50,833 nt of DNA from Candidatus Giovannonibacteria bacterium (GTDB lineage Bacteria; Patescibacteriota; Minisyncoccia; UBA11713; 2-01-FULL-45-33): contig JACOXN010000010.1 of the NCBI GenBank assembly GCA_016176295.1, forward strand, positions 1-50,833, given 5' to 3'. How positions within the stretch are numbered: position 1 is the stretch's first letter; each line of letters begins with the position of its first letter. Both the position numbers and the translations under genes were made by a program. The notes beneath the pieces were generated by a model. It was not told the DNA's origin, did not search any database, and worked only from the letters and a program-made list of their open reading frames with translations. This document shows, one piece after another, positions 8,099-18,045 of the stretch.

Positions 8099-11000
8099 TT
8101 ATTCCGAAATTATCTTCACAAGCTGTTCTCCGGTGATGGGCTTTACAACGAAGTTGTCGAACCCGGCTTTCAGCGCTTTCTCGCGCGATTCATCGCCGAA
8201 TCCGGAGAGCGCGATCAATTTGGCCTTTTTTAAGCGTTCGTCTTTTCGCAGTATTTTCACAAGATCATATCCGCTCATTTCCGGCATTGCGATATCAATA
8301 AACATTATTTCCGGAACTTCCTTCTGGGTAGCTTTGACTGCGGACGCGCCGTCGCTGAACGAAGACACGTCTTGGCCGAGCGCTCCTAAAAGCTTGCCGA
8401 ATACATCCGCGAGCGTTTTATTGTCGTCCACAATGAATATCTTTTTTCTTTTTAATTTTGTTTTTTCCAAGGTCGCGCTGCGGAAGACCGCGCCCGAATC
8501 ATTCTCCCGTCCACGTATCGGAAGCCTCAAAATAAATTCGCTGCCTTTATTCTTTCCCGCGCTCGAGGCAGTCAGTGTTCCTCCATGAAGCTCGGCCAGG
8601 GTTTTTGACAGCATAAGCCCCACTCCCAATCCGCCTTTAAAATTGCTGAACTGCTGATTGGCCTGGGCAAACAGATCAAATATCAGAGGCATTGTTTCTT
8701 CTGAAATGCCGATGCCTGAATCTTTGACCTTAAGCTCTATATTCTGCTTATGCTGGCTGATGGTAACTGAAATATTTCCTCCAGATTTGGTGTATTTAGC
8801 GGCGTTATTTAAAAGATTAACAATGATCTGTTCTGTTCGCCACGGGTCCAAAAGCGTACGGAGCGGTATTTTCGGATACGTCACGCTCAGGTTTTGTTTT
8901 TCATTATCGATTAAGGGGCGCGAGGCCTCCAGCGCATGCTTGGCCACTTCGATAAAATCCGTCAATTCCAGTTGAAGCTCTATCTTGCCTCCGATGGCGC
9001 GGGCGGAATCCAAAAGCTGTTTTACGAGATCGTTCATCATTATGGTCTGATGGTCTATGATGCCCAGAAGATTTTTCAATTCCTTATCCTCCACCCCGTG
9101 AAGCTTGATGAGTTCAAGGGAATGAATGATGGGGGATAACGGATTTCTAAGCTCATGGCCCAAAAAAGACAAAAATTCGTCTTTGCGGTAGAGTTCTTTC
9201 TGGTTCTTTTCCAGATCGGTATTGCGGCTTAAGAGCTCCGTATTCAGGGTCATAAGTTCTTCGTTGGCAGATTGCAATTCTTCTTTCGTGGTTTCAAGCT
9301 CCTCATTCATGCTTTGCAGTTCTTCGTTCGTCGACATCAACTCTTCGTGGGCGGATTTCAGTTCTTCGTTGGAGCCGTCTCTGGACTCGATGACAGTCTG
9401 AAGCTGCTCGATTGTGTGCTCAAGCTCCTTCTGCAGGAGAAGTGATTCACGAGCACTAAAGCCGCTCTCCTTTCGGCCCTGAATTACTTTTTTCGCCGGC
9501 AGCGCCCGTGTCCTCTCCTTGAACAAGATCAAAAAATAGCCGGAGCTCCGCGAGCGTTTTCCAAGAGGCATTATTTCTATCTCAATTCCTAAATAATGGT
9601 CGGTTTTTTTGACGGAAGTGTTCTTTTTTTTGGTCTCCGCAAGAGCTTCCAAAATTTTCGGAAGCAGCTTTTTTTTCGCCATTTTGAGCAGGTCCAGAGT
9701 GGCGCGCCCTTGAGCGGGCTCAAGATAGCGGTTCGGCTCGCCCCTGAATTGCACGATGGTCAGATTATCGTTTATAATAAGCCCCGCGCCCGCTTTTTTT
9801 TTGAGATAGAGCCGGTCGGCCTCTTTTTCTATATCGATTTCGCGCTTAGGTTCAAGTGTTGCCATATTTGGATATTGTACGCCAGTTTCCCCGCTTATGC
9901 CAAGAAGCCTGATATGCGGCTGGTTTGGCGTATTTTTTTTCACGTATATTTTTAATTTTTTGTCCATTTGCCTGAAAAGATCCTGGAAATTCGAAGCCGT
10001 TTCGGCGCTTCCCAAAACAAGTATTCCGTCGGGTTTTAAAGCAAAATGGAATATGGGGAAAACTTTTTTTTGCAGATGTGAATCCAGATAAATCAGCACA
10101 TTCCTGCAGCTTACGATATCCAATTTCGAAAACGGGGTATCGGCTATCATATTGTGCCTCGCAAAGACGCACATTGCCCTTAGGCTTTTTGAGATCTGAT
10201 ATTTATCGGAGCCGGTCTTCAAGAAGAACTTCGACAGCCGCAAAGGAGAGACGCTTGACTGTATATTTTTTGAATAAATGCCGAGCCTCGCTTTTTTTAG
10301 AGCTTCTTCGCTTATATCCGTGCCGAATATCTGTATGGTCGGATGGCTGCCCTGCTCAGCGGCAAGCTCCGCCAATATTATGGCCAGCGAATAAACCTCT
10401 TCTCCCGTGCTGCACCCCGGTATCCAGATCCTGAGGGATTCGGGGTTCCCGCTCAGCAGCTTGGGAAATATTTTTTGTTTCAAATAGTCGAAGAATTCCG
10501 GGTCGCGGAAAAAATTCGTAACATTTATCAGAAGGTCCTGATAAAGTGTCGTTGCTTCGGCCGGATTTTTTTTGAGATATTCGGCGTATTTGTAATAGTT
10601 TGTAATGCGATTCAAAAGCATCCGGCGTTTTATCCGCCGCCTTATGGTCCCGGGCTTATAATACGTAAAATCGACCCCCCGAAAACCAAGCATCAGCGCG
10701 ATAATTTCGCTGAGACCGTCCTCATCTTTTTTTACGGCTCCTTCCTCCACCAGATAAATTATTTTTTTTGCTATCTCCGCCGGTGAAAGCACGTAGTCCG
10801 TGACTCCGGCCTCTTTTGCGCTGTCGGGCATGGTAGAAAACTCCGAGGAACTATCCTGGGCAAAGGTCAATCCTCCCGCCTGTCTGATGGCGCGCAATCC
10901 CTGGGTGCCATCGGTTCCCGAGCCGGAAAGAACCACACCGATGGCATTGCGCCCCGTTTGAACGGCGAGCGAATTAAAAAATTCATCTATCGGCAAATTA

Positions 11001-11320
11001 ACGCCGGCCCTTCTGGGCGCAAGTATCAGTTTATCTCCTTTTATCTCTATATTCTTATTGGGCGGGATAACATATATGCGGCGCGGCATGACCTTCTCCC
11101 CGTCAGCCGCCTCTTTCACCGCGAGGACAGTCTTGGAAGAAAGTATTTTTGCAAGGTCGCTTTTAGCCTTTGGCATAAGGTGCTGTACTACCACCACGGC
11201 CGCATTCAGGTTGGAGGGAAGATTGCTCAAAAACTCGCAGAATGCGGCAAGACCGCCGGCCGAGCCTCCGATGCCAATGACATAAAACAAGTCTTTGTGT
11301 GTATTACGCGTCACAAACAT
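8099..11320 (-). CDS. CheB-CheR-coiled coil-histidine kinase-receiver hybrid
   Basis: GGSAGG/VQH/SGTDG (CheB), GCSTGEE/GTDIS/CRNVLIY (CheR), LGHELRNPL, NAAKYT, GLGVGL, DIAMP. Confidence 0.93.
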   Translation of the reverse strand: MFVTRNTHKDLFYVIGIGGSAGGLAAFCEFLSNLPSNLNAAVVVVQHLMPKAKSDLAKILSSKTVLAVKEAADGEKVMPRRIYVIPPNKNIEIKGDKLILAPRRAGVNLPIDEFFNSLAVQTGRNAIGVVLSGSGTDGTQGLRAIRQAGGLTFAQDSSSEFSTMPDSAKEAGVTDYVLSPAEIAKKIIYLVEEGAVKKDEDGLSEIIALMLGFRGVDFTYYKPGTIRRRIKRRMLLNRITNYYKYAEYLKKNPAEATTLYQDLLINVTNFFRDPEFFDYLKQKIFPKLLSGNPESLRIWIPGCSTGEEVYSLAIILAELAAEQGSHPTIQIFGTDISEEALKKARLGIYSKNIQSSVSPLRLSKFFLKTGSDKYQISKSLRAMCVFARHNMIADTPFSKLDIVSCRNVLIYLDSHLQKKVFPIFHFALKPDGILVLGSAETASNFQDLFRQMDKKLKIYVKKNTPNQPHIRLLGISGETGVQYPNMATLEPKREIDIEKEADRLYLKKKAGAGLIINDNLTIVQFRGEPNRYLEPAQGRATLDLLKMAKKKLLPKILEALAETKKKNTSVKKTDHYLGIEIEIMPLGKRSRSSGYFLILFKERTRALPAKKVIQGRKESGFSARESLLLQKELEHTIEQLQTVIESRDGSNEELKSAHEELMSTNEELQSMNEELETTKEELQSANEELMTLNTELLSRNTDLEKNQKELYRKDEFLSFLGHELRNPLSPIIHSLELIKLHGVEDKELKNLLGIIDHQTIMMNDLVKQLLDSARAIGGKIELQLELTDFIEVAKHALEASRPLIDNEKQNLSVTYPKIPLRTLLDPWRTEQIIVNLLNNAAKYTKSGGNISVTISQHKQNIELKVKDSGIGISEETMPLIFDLFAQANQQFSNFKGGLGVGLMLSKTLAELHGGTLTASSAGKNKGSEFILRLPIRGRENDSGAVFRSATLEKTKLKRKKIFIVDDNKTLADVFGKLLGALGQDVSSFSDGASAVKATQKEVPEIMFIDIAMPEMSGYDLVKILRKDERLKKAKLIALSGFGDESREKALKAGFDNFVVKPITGEQLVKIISE

Positions 11321-11345
11321 ATATTATTCATTATATATGAAGAAT

Positions 11346-12593
11346 TTATTTTACTAATATTCCCAGGTCGAATAACGGGTCAGCCAGCTCTTTTTCCAAG
11401 CCCGTGATCTTTATGTTCATTTCAATAACTTTGCTTATCGCTCCCATTTCCTGCGTGCGATTGATAAGCGTGGCCCCGATGAGCTCGCCATCCTTTGAGA
11501 TAAGCCTGGCATAGGAATTGGCTTCTCTCGAACCCCGGCAGGTTATAGTCCGGCCAGCTTCCGGGCGGATGTCGCCCACGAAAGCGATAGAAATTCCAAA
11601 CCCACGCGTAGTATAAAAAGAAACCAGGCGGAAAGTTTCCTTTTCACCCGACATATTTAGCCCGGCTCTCCGCCCCTGCATCTGGGCATTCGCCCAATTG
11701 GCAAGCTGGATGCGTTCTCCCAGGATGAGGTCCTGAAATTCAGCGCAGTCGCCGGCCGTCCAGACGTCTGGCGCGGTCGTTTCCAGATATTCATTAGCCA
11801 ATATTCCCTTGTTAACTTTTATCCCTGCAGCCTCCACCCAGGAAAACGGACATTGCAGACCGATGCCCACTATAAGCATATCGCACGGGAGTTCCGAGCC
11901 GTCTTTTAAAATGACTTTTTCGACAGAATCTTTTCCGATGATATCCGAAACCTCGTTGCTTCTGATTATTTTTACGCCGCCTTTTTCCAGAGCGCCTTCT
12001 ATCATTTTCCCGGAAACATCATCCAGCAGTATCTGCCAGAAATACGGTTCACGCAAAACAAGCGTCACCTCGACTCCCGCGAGCCTTAGCATCTCGCACA
12101 TTTCAAACCCTATGAATCCACCTCCGATTACCACAGCCCGCTTCGCCGTTTTTACAGCCGAAATAACAGCTTTGGCATCTTCCAGTGTACGGAGATAAAA
12201 AACGCCCTCTTTCTCCGAGCCGGGCGCGCCAAAAAGCCTCACGCATCCGCCGATTGCAAGCAGAAGTTTTTCATATTTTAAAACCTCGTTATCCTGAAGC
12301 GTGACTTTTTTTTCGGCGGTGTTGAGATTCAGGGCGCGTTTCCCGGCGTAAAATTCGATATTGTTTTCCTTGTACCACGCCTCGGTCTTAAGCCAGACCT
12401 GTTCAAACGATATCTTCTCCAGGAAAAAATTAGGCTTTGAAAGCATTATTCTTGAATACAGCCTAAAAGGCTCCTCGGACACAATTGCAATGCTTCCGGC
12501 CGGGTCCTTTTTTCTGATGCTCTCGGCGGCAGTCGTTCCAGCGACCCCTCCCCCGATTATTAAATATTTTATTTCCAGGATTTTATCAGTCAT
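11346..12593 (-). CDS. FAD-dependent pyridine nucleotide-disulfide oxidoreductase (rubredoxin/ferredoxin reductase-like)
   Basis: IIGGGVAG, VIGGGFIG.E, T.APDVWTAGD. Confidence 0.9.
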   Translation of the reverse strand: MTDKILEIKYLIIGGGVAGTTAAESIRKKDPAGSIAIVSEEPFRLYSRIMLSKPNFFLEKISFEQVWLKTEAWYKENNIEFYAGKRALNLNTAEKKVTLQDNEVLKYEKLLLAIGGCVRLFGAPGSEKEGVFYLRTLEDAKAVISAVKTAKRAVVIGGGFIGFEMCEMLRLAGVEVTLVLREPYFWQILLDDVSGKMIEGALEKGGVKIIRSNEVSDIIGKDSVEKVILKDGSELPCDMLIVGIGLQCPFSWVEAAGIKVNKGILANEYLETTAPDVWTAGDCAEFQDLILGERIQLANWANAQMQGRRAGLNMSGEKETFRLVSFYTTRGFGISIAFVGDIRPEAGRTITCRGSREANSYARLISKDGELIGATLINRTQEMGAISKVIEMNIKITGLEKELADPLFDLGILVK

Positions 12594-12703
12594 ATGTAAG
12601 ATTTTAAATTATAGCACGTCTTATATCCCAAAGGTCAGTATTATCAGTAATAATGCAAAAATCCGAAGAAAATTAGCAATTAATAGAGTTAAGCAATTAT
12701 TTC

Positions 12704-13510
12704 ATGAAAAAAATAATCTCATTAGGCTTACTAACTGTAATAGCGGCGACAGCCGGGGGTACGGTATTCGAGGCGAGAGCTCTTGCCGCGGAATCCGTCC
12801 TTTCGAGCGTTAGCATCACGCCCGCATCTGCGAGCATTGCCACCGGCGCTTCAACGCAGCTTACCGCTTGGCCTAAAGACCAGTTAAATGGGGCTTTTTC
12901 AGGTGCCACGACCACCTGGTCATCTTCGAATCCGTCCGTGGCGTTTGTTAATACGGGAGGCCTCGTAACCGGAGTCGCTCTGGGAACTACTACAATTACA
13001 GCCAGCACCGCTAGCGGCACGACTACCGTGAACGGCACGGCGCTGATAACGGTTATTGCTCCGCCACAGACACAGGCGCCCTTCCTTTCGAGCCTTCTGG
13101 TATTTCCAAGATCTGCAAAAGTTAAGCTTGGCGAACTGAGACAGTTGATAGCCCTGCCGCTGGACCAATTCGGAGTTTACTTTCCGGCCGCAATATCCTG
13201 GACGTCCGCAAGCACATCGGTAGCCACCGTAAGCTCAAACGGGCTTGTGACAGGACTTGCTAAAGGGAAAGCTTTGATAACAGCAAGCGCCCTCTCCGGG
13301 ACCACAACCGTATCCGGCACGGCGCTCATCAAGGTTAAAGCCACCTCGACCCCGGATTCGAACATAAGTTGTTACAACGGACACCGCTGGCATAACGGCA
13401 AGCACAAAGGAGATAAATTTTGCTCGGTAAAGGGGGATAAAGGCGAAAAATGGTGGAAAAAATTCATGCAAAAAAATGACAAGCATGACGGAGAGGATGA
13501 TGACGATTGA
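12704..13510 (+). CDS. Secreted protein with two Ig-like (Big_2) domains
   Basis: Signal peptide; WSSSNPSVA.V...GLVTG repeated twice; charged His/Lys/Asp tail. Confidence 0.85.
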   Translation: MKKIISLGLLTVIAATAGGTVFEARALAAESVLSSVSITPASASIATGASTQLTAWPKDQLNGAFSGATTTWSSSNPSVAFVNTGGLVTGVALGTTTITASTASGTTTVNGTALITVIAPPQTQAPFLSSLLVFPRSAKVKLGELRQLIALPLDQFGVYFPAAISWTSASTSVATVSSNGLVTGLAKGKALITASALSGTTTVSGTALIKVKATSTPDSNISCYNGHRWHNGKHKGDKFCSVKGDKGEKWWKKFMQKNDKHDGEDDDD

Positions 13511-13566
13511 ACCGAAATAGATAATAAGTTAAAATAAGACAATAGGAAGTATTAATTATTATCAGC

Positions 13567-13603
13567 AAAAAAACACCCCAGCGACCATTGGGGGTGTTTT
13601 TTT
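13567..13603. terminator. Bidirectional intrinsic terminator
   Basis: A7-cacccc...ggggtg-T7 between convergent genes. Confidence 0.85.
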
Positions 13604-13624
13604 ATTTAAAGAGTAAAATAAATA

Positions 13625-14209
13625 TTAGTAATTTACCAAGTGGCTTATCTTCGCGGAGGCTCGGAGAGATTCAATCAGCTTTGAAGCTTCCTGGTTGAAC
13701 TTTTGCGACTTGAGCTGGCTCTTTACCTGTTCTTTTACTTCGGCCTCTTTTCCTTTCTCGACCGGCACTTTGTTGTCCTTGATAAACTTCGCTACCTCTT
13801 CATCGGTTACCTGAGTCTTGTCGGCCAAAAGTTTTTCAAGCTTGATATTGGTCTTTATCTGCTCCCTCAGATCGCTCATGGTCACTCCCTCGGTTTTCAT
13901 GGCTTCCTCCAGGGTAGTACCCTGGGCTTTGAATCCCTTATCCACTTCGGCAATTTTGGCATCGATCTCTTCAGCGCTGACTGTTACGCCTTTGCCCGAA
14001 GCTTCATTTACTATGAGCTTCTTGTTGATAAGCGATTCTAGAGCTTGTTTTCCGGAATTCTTTTCCAGTTCTCTTATCACCGCGATGCGGCTGATGGGGG
14101 AGCCGTTGACCATGGCCGCCACAAAAGCGCTGCGGAAATAAAAGAGCAGGCCCGCCGCCACCACGACGATGGCGATAATAATCGTTGTTTTCTTGTTAAA
14201 TTTCATCAT
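13625..14209 (-). CDS. SurA N-terminal/PrsA-like chaperone
   Basis: TM anchor, AMVNGSPIS, LI.K.LI..EA...GVTVS.EEID, L..SAKI. Confidence 0.8.
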   Translation of the reverse strand: MMKFNKKTTIIIAIVVVAAGLLFYFRSAFVAAMVNGSPISRIAVIRELEKNSGKQALESLINKKLIVNEASGKGVTVSAEEIDAKIAEVDKGFKAQGTTLEEAMKTEGVTMSDLREQIKTNIKLEKLLADKTQVTDEEVAKFIKDNKVPVEKGKEAEVKEQVKSQLKSQKFNQEASKLIESLRASAKISHLVNY

Positions 14210-14230
14210 GTTTTTTACTATACACCAAAA

Positions 14231-14727
14231 TCAAAGAAGATAAAATATCAATGCCGCAAGGGCCGAAAGCATGGCCTGTGAAGAGACGCCGAAAAAATGC
14301 AGATGGTCCAGATATTTTTCCGTGTGTATCCAGACGTGAAAACGCTGAAGGGACGCCAGCGGCTCATGGGGAAATTTCCAATACGCAAATTGAAGCGCGT
14401 CGGGAAGAACGCCTCCCAGCACCCCGGCAAAAACAGATAAGAAAGGAACATGAAAACAAAATAAAAAATTTCTAGGGATAGAAATGCTCCCAGGCCGCCG
14501 TCCAGCGAAATTTTTAAGAGGTCATAAAAGAAAGGGCGGCTCCATACCATGTCTTTTTTCATCGGGTCATTCTTATCCTGCGTAAGCGAGCCTAAAGGAT
14601 AATGCCAGTGGGGAATCGCATCGAGCGCGAAATGTGAAATAAATCCGGCGGCAAAACCTGCCACGGGGTGCGCAGGGAAAAGGCCGGCGACTGCCGTTCC
14701 GACTATTGCATGTGTAAAAAGTACCAT
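14231..14727 (-). pseudogene. YdjM-like metal-dependent membrane hydrolase, frameshifted near 14440-14470
   Basis: THAIVG...SHFALDAIPHW in one frame, continuing as GGVLPDALQF...RFHVWIH in another. Confidence 0.65.
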
Positions 14728-14733
14728 AGAGTT

Positions 14734-14946
14734 TTATTTTCTGACGCAGGTACAGCTGTCTTCAGCCTCTCCACAGGTTTTGCATTTCACCCGGTATTTG
14801 CCTTTCCTGGGGCAATCCAGGCGGTGCAAGGGATTGAACGAGGGTTCGGTTTTATGGCATTCGGGGCATTTAAACCCATCAGCTTCGCCGCCGCAATGGC
14901 TGCAATGCTGGCTGGAAATCGTTGAATGTATCTTTTCGAAACTCAT
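14734..14946 (-). CDS. Small Cys-rich zinc-ribbon protein (70 aa)
   Basis: CSHC, CPEC, CKTC and CTC motifs; ATG at 14946. Confidence 0.6.
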   Translation of the reverse strand: MSFEKIHSTISSQHCSHCGGEADGFKCPECHKTEPSFNPLHRLDCPRKGKYRVKCKTCGEAEDSCTCVRK

Positions 14947-15001
14947 GGTTATATTATATCCGATGCGCGAATAAAAAAAAGTTTGAGGCTTGTCGTGCCG
15001 A

Positions 15002-16252
15002 TTAGCAATTGCTTCCGGCCACGTATCCGGTGGTCCAGCAAATTTGGAGGCTGTACCCGCCGGAGGGGCGGTTGATATTGAGCACATCGCCTACGAGATA
15101 AATGCCGGGGATTGCCCTAGACTCCATGGTTTTGAAATTCACTTCCGTAAGCGCCGCTCCGCCCGAGGAAACAACCGCTTTTTCTGCGGAGAGGCTTTTT
15201 ACATGGAGAAACACGGATTTTAAAAGGGCGATCAGTTTTTTTCTCTCTTCGGCTCTCACGCTGTGGTTGAAAGTTTCTCCCTCGATGCCGCAAAGCTTCA
15301 GAATGGCCGGCGCCAAAGCGGCGGGCACTATCGAGCCCAGTGTATTCTTTATTTTTTTATTGCTGTTTTCGATCAGCAGCTTCTGTATTTTTTCTTTCAA
15401 AGCCGCATTATCCAGTTTCGGAAAAAGGTCGAGCGCAATAATAACTTCGCCGTAGGGGAGAAGCTCGCCAACCTCGCGGCTCATGTTGAGCACAGTGGGG
15501 CCGCTCACGCCGAAATGCGTAAAAAGTATTTTGCCGTTTTGCGCGTCGTATTTTTTCCCGTTTTGCCAGACGGATAATTTGATATCTTTCAGGCTTACTC
15601 CGGCCAATTTTTTCGCCCAGTTATCCTTGATATTCAAAGGAACCAGCGCAAAATTATTCTCGACAACGCTCTGACCAAGGGCTTTAAGCCACGCAAATCC
15701 TTCTCCGGTCGAGCCGGTTTCCGGGTGCGACACTCCGCCTGTGGCCACAATGCAGGATTTGGCAGTTATCTGGGTTTTGTTCTTCAACTTTATACGAATG
15801 ACATTGAGCCTTTTGTCCTTGGTGATGCCGATTACCTCCGCACCCGTCTTTATTTCAACGCCACTATTTTTTAAATATTTTTCAAGCGTGTTCCACACGG
15901 ACCAGGCACGGTTGGAAACAGGAAACACGCGCCCCTCGGCTTCTTCCTTGGTCTCCAATCCGTGAGTGCGGAAAAAATCCAGCGTTTCTTTGACGCCGAA
16001 CTGCGAGAAAGCCGAAAAAAGGAATTGGCTTGAACCTTTGTACTTCGCAAGCATATCGCGGATATCCGGCCGATTGTTCGTAAGATTGCATCTGCCGCCT
16101 CCGGTGATCAAAAGTTTCTTCCCCAAACCCGGATTTTTTTCCAAAAGCAAAACTTTCTTACCAAGTTCTCCGGCGCGCCCGGCAGCCATCATTCCGGCCG
16201 GCCCTCCGCCCACCACCACTGCGTCCCAGATAATATCGGTTTCTTTTTTCAT
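15002..16252 (-). CDS. HI0933/YhiN/BaiN family flavoprotein
   Basis: GGGPAG, GKKLLITGGGRCNLTN, GRVFP, LFTHFGVSGP, GGYSLQICWTTG. Confidence 0.93.
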   Translation of the reverse strand: MKKETDIIWDAVVVGGGPAGMMAAGRAGELGKKVLLLEKNPGLGKKLLITGGGRCNLTNNRPDIRDMLAKYKGSSQFLFSAFSQFGVKETLDFFRTHGLETKEEAEGRVFPVSNRAWSVWNTLEKYLKNSGVEIKTGAEVIGITKDKRLNVIRIKLKNKTQITAKSCIVATGGVSHPETGSTGEGFAWLKALGQSVVENNFALVPLNIKDNWAKKLAGVSLKDIKLSVWQNGKKYDAQNGKILFTHFGVSGPTVLNMSREVGELLPYGEVIIALDLFPKLDNAALKEKIQKLLIENSNKKIKNTLGSIVPAALAPAILKLCGIEGETFNHSVRAEERKKLIALLKSVFLHVKSLSAEKAVVSSGGAALTEVNFKTMESRAIPGIYLVGDVLNINRPSGGYSLQICWTTGYVAGSNC

Positions 16253-16253
16253 G

Positions 16254-17726
16254 TTATTTTTCGAGATCCAGTATTTCATCAATGCGGATTTTCTGCACGA
16301 AATCCGGCACATGGCTCACCAATATCATCGCTCCCTCGTATTTGTCGAGTGCGGAAGCAATGACAGGCAGATGTCTGAAATTGATATGGTTTGTCGGTTC
16401 ATCCAGTATTAAAAGGCCCGGTTTTTGAAGCACCAGCCTTGCAAACGCAACGAGCCCTTTTTGACCTTCGGAAAGCCTTCCTATCTTCGTATAAATGAAA
16501 TCCGAGCTGATGAGAAACCCTGCAGCGCAGGCCCGAAGTTTTTCTTCTATTTTTTCTTCCATCACCTCCATCAGTGAATCATAGACCCGGTCCTCAAAAT
16601 TTAGCGTGGAAAAATCCTGCCGGTAGTACCCAACTTTTATTCCTTCGGAAATTACAGCCCCTTTGGATTTGTTGGAAGCTATCCTTTCCAAAAGCGTGCT
16701 CTTGCCGATTCCGTTGGGGCCGCGAAGCAGCAGATGGTCGCGCTTTTTTAAAATGATATTTGCTTTGTGCGAAACCGGTTTGTGGTCCCTTATAGTATTG
16801 TAGGAACTGATGCTTACAATTTCTCCCACAATGTCCGATTGATAGGGGATAACGAATGGCCTGATAGTCTTATCTTCCTGGCGTACATCAACCTGCGACT
16901 CCTCCATTTCTTCTATCTTTTCCCACATTTTCATGGCGACATTCCGCATTTTGCCGCCTTTTTGCGCGAAAAAGTTGGCTTTTTCCTTGTTTTCTTGTAT
17001 TTTTTTTGCAAGCTGGGCGTTCTTGGCGTTCTCTCTTTCGATCCGCGCCTCGATATCTTTCACCACATTAAAATAATTGCCCGAATATTGCTCTATTTTT
17101 TTCGTAAAAACGTCCAGATAAAATACGCCCTCCGTGAACGCGTTCAAAAAGTCCGCGTCGTGGGAGATAACTACGCAGGTTCCTTTAAGCTCCGTCAAAA
17201 ATTTCTTTAAATGTTCAATGCCGGCTTTATCTAGATTGTTAGTCGGTTCATCCAGCAAAAGGAGGTCGGGTTTTTGTATCAGCGCCGAAGCCAAAAGAAG
17301 CCTGGCCTGCTGGCCGCCGGAAAATGTTTTTACTATCTTTTCGTGCGGCGCGTGCAAATTAACTATTTCCAGCACTTCGTCGATCTTCGGATCAATGTTG
17401 TAGACTTTTGCTTGGCCTTCCGGAGCCTTGGCGAAGGAGGCGAAAAACTCACGGACGGAGAGGTCGAGCTCGCTCTGGGCCACCACCTGCTTCGCGGTCG
17501 CGATGGTCAGCCCCTGCCGAATGTTAACAAAACCGGATTCGGGTTTTAAAGCCCGGGTGATGAGCGAAAAAATTGTGCTTTTCCCCGCGCCGTTCTGGCC
17601 CATCAGGGCGAATTTTGAATTTTCACGCAAAGAAAAATCCGCCTCTTTCAGTATGGGGTGGTTGTGCCCGTATTCAAACGAGACCTCATCAAAACCCACG
17701 ATTACTTCTCCCTTGGACATGGACAC
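16254..17726 (-). CDS. ABC-F family ATPase
   Basis: Two ABC domains (GQNGAGKST, GPNGIGKST), LDEPTN twice, no TM segments. Confidence 0.92.
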   Translation of the reverse strand: MSMSKGEVIVGFDEVSFEYGHNHPILKEADFSLRENSKFALMGQNGAGKSTIFSLITRALKPESGFVNIRQGLTIATAKQVVAQSELDLSVREFFASFAKAPEGQAKVYNIDPKIDEVLEIVNLHAPHEKIVKTFSGGQQARLLLASALIQKPDLLLLDEPTNNLDKAGIEHLKKFLTELKGTCVVISHDADFLNAFTEGVFYLDVFTKKIEQYSGNYFNVVKDIEARIERENAKNAQLAKKIQENKEKANFFAQKGGKMRNVAMKMWEKIEEMEESQVDVRQEDKTIRPFVIPYQSDIVGEIVSISSYNTIRDHKPVSHKANIILKKRDHLLLRGPNGIGKSTLLERIASNKSKGAVISEGIKVGYYRQDFSTLNFEDRVYDSLMEVMEEKIEEKLRACAAGFLISSDFIYTKIGRLSEGQKGLVAFARLVLQKPGLLILDEPTNHINFRHLPVIASALDKYEGAMILVSHVPDFVQKIRIDEILDLEK

Positions 17727-17749
17727 AAGTCTATCACTTTAAATTTTAA

Positions 17750-18037
17750 TTATCTCGTGAATGGAACCTGATTGATCTTCTCTAATAACTCAAGAGTCGC
17801 TTTTACCGAGGGGTTGCCGGTGTCAATGAGAATCAGTCTCGAACCATATTGTTTTACGAGCGGACTCAAAAATTCATCTCCCCATGAAGGCGAGAATGTA
17901 ATAACCCCGTCAAATTCTATTTCTAAATTTTCATTTTCAGCTAAGGCGGCGATTTGGCTCTGAAGCGCGGCAAAAGCTTCGCGTCCATTTTGACGGGAGA
18001 TAAGGGTTGTACCAAATTTTTTCAATTCTATTCTCAT
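17750..18037 (-). CDS. STAS-like (DUF4325-like) protein
   Basis: FGTTLISRQNG...IEFDGV.TFSPSWGDEF...N..V pattern. Confidence 0.75.
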   Translation of the reverse strand: MRIELKKFGTTLISRQNGREAFAALQSQIAALAENENLEIEFDGVITFSPSWGDEFLSPLVKQYGSRLILIDTGNPSVKATLELLEKINQVPFTR

Positions 18038-18045
18038 ATATTTAG

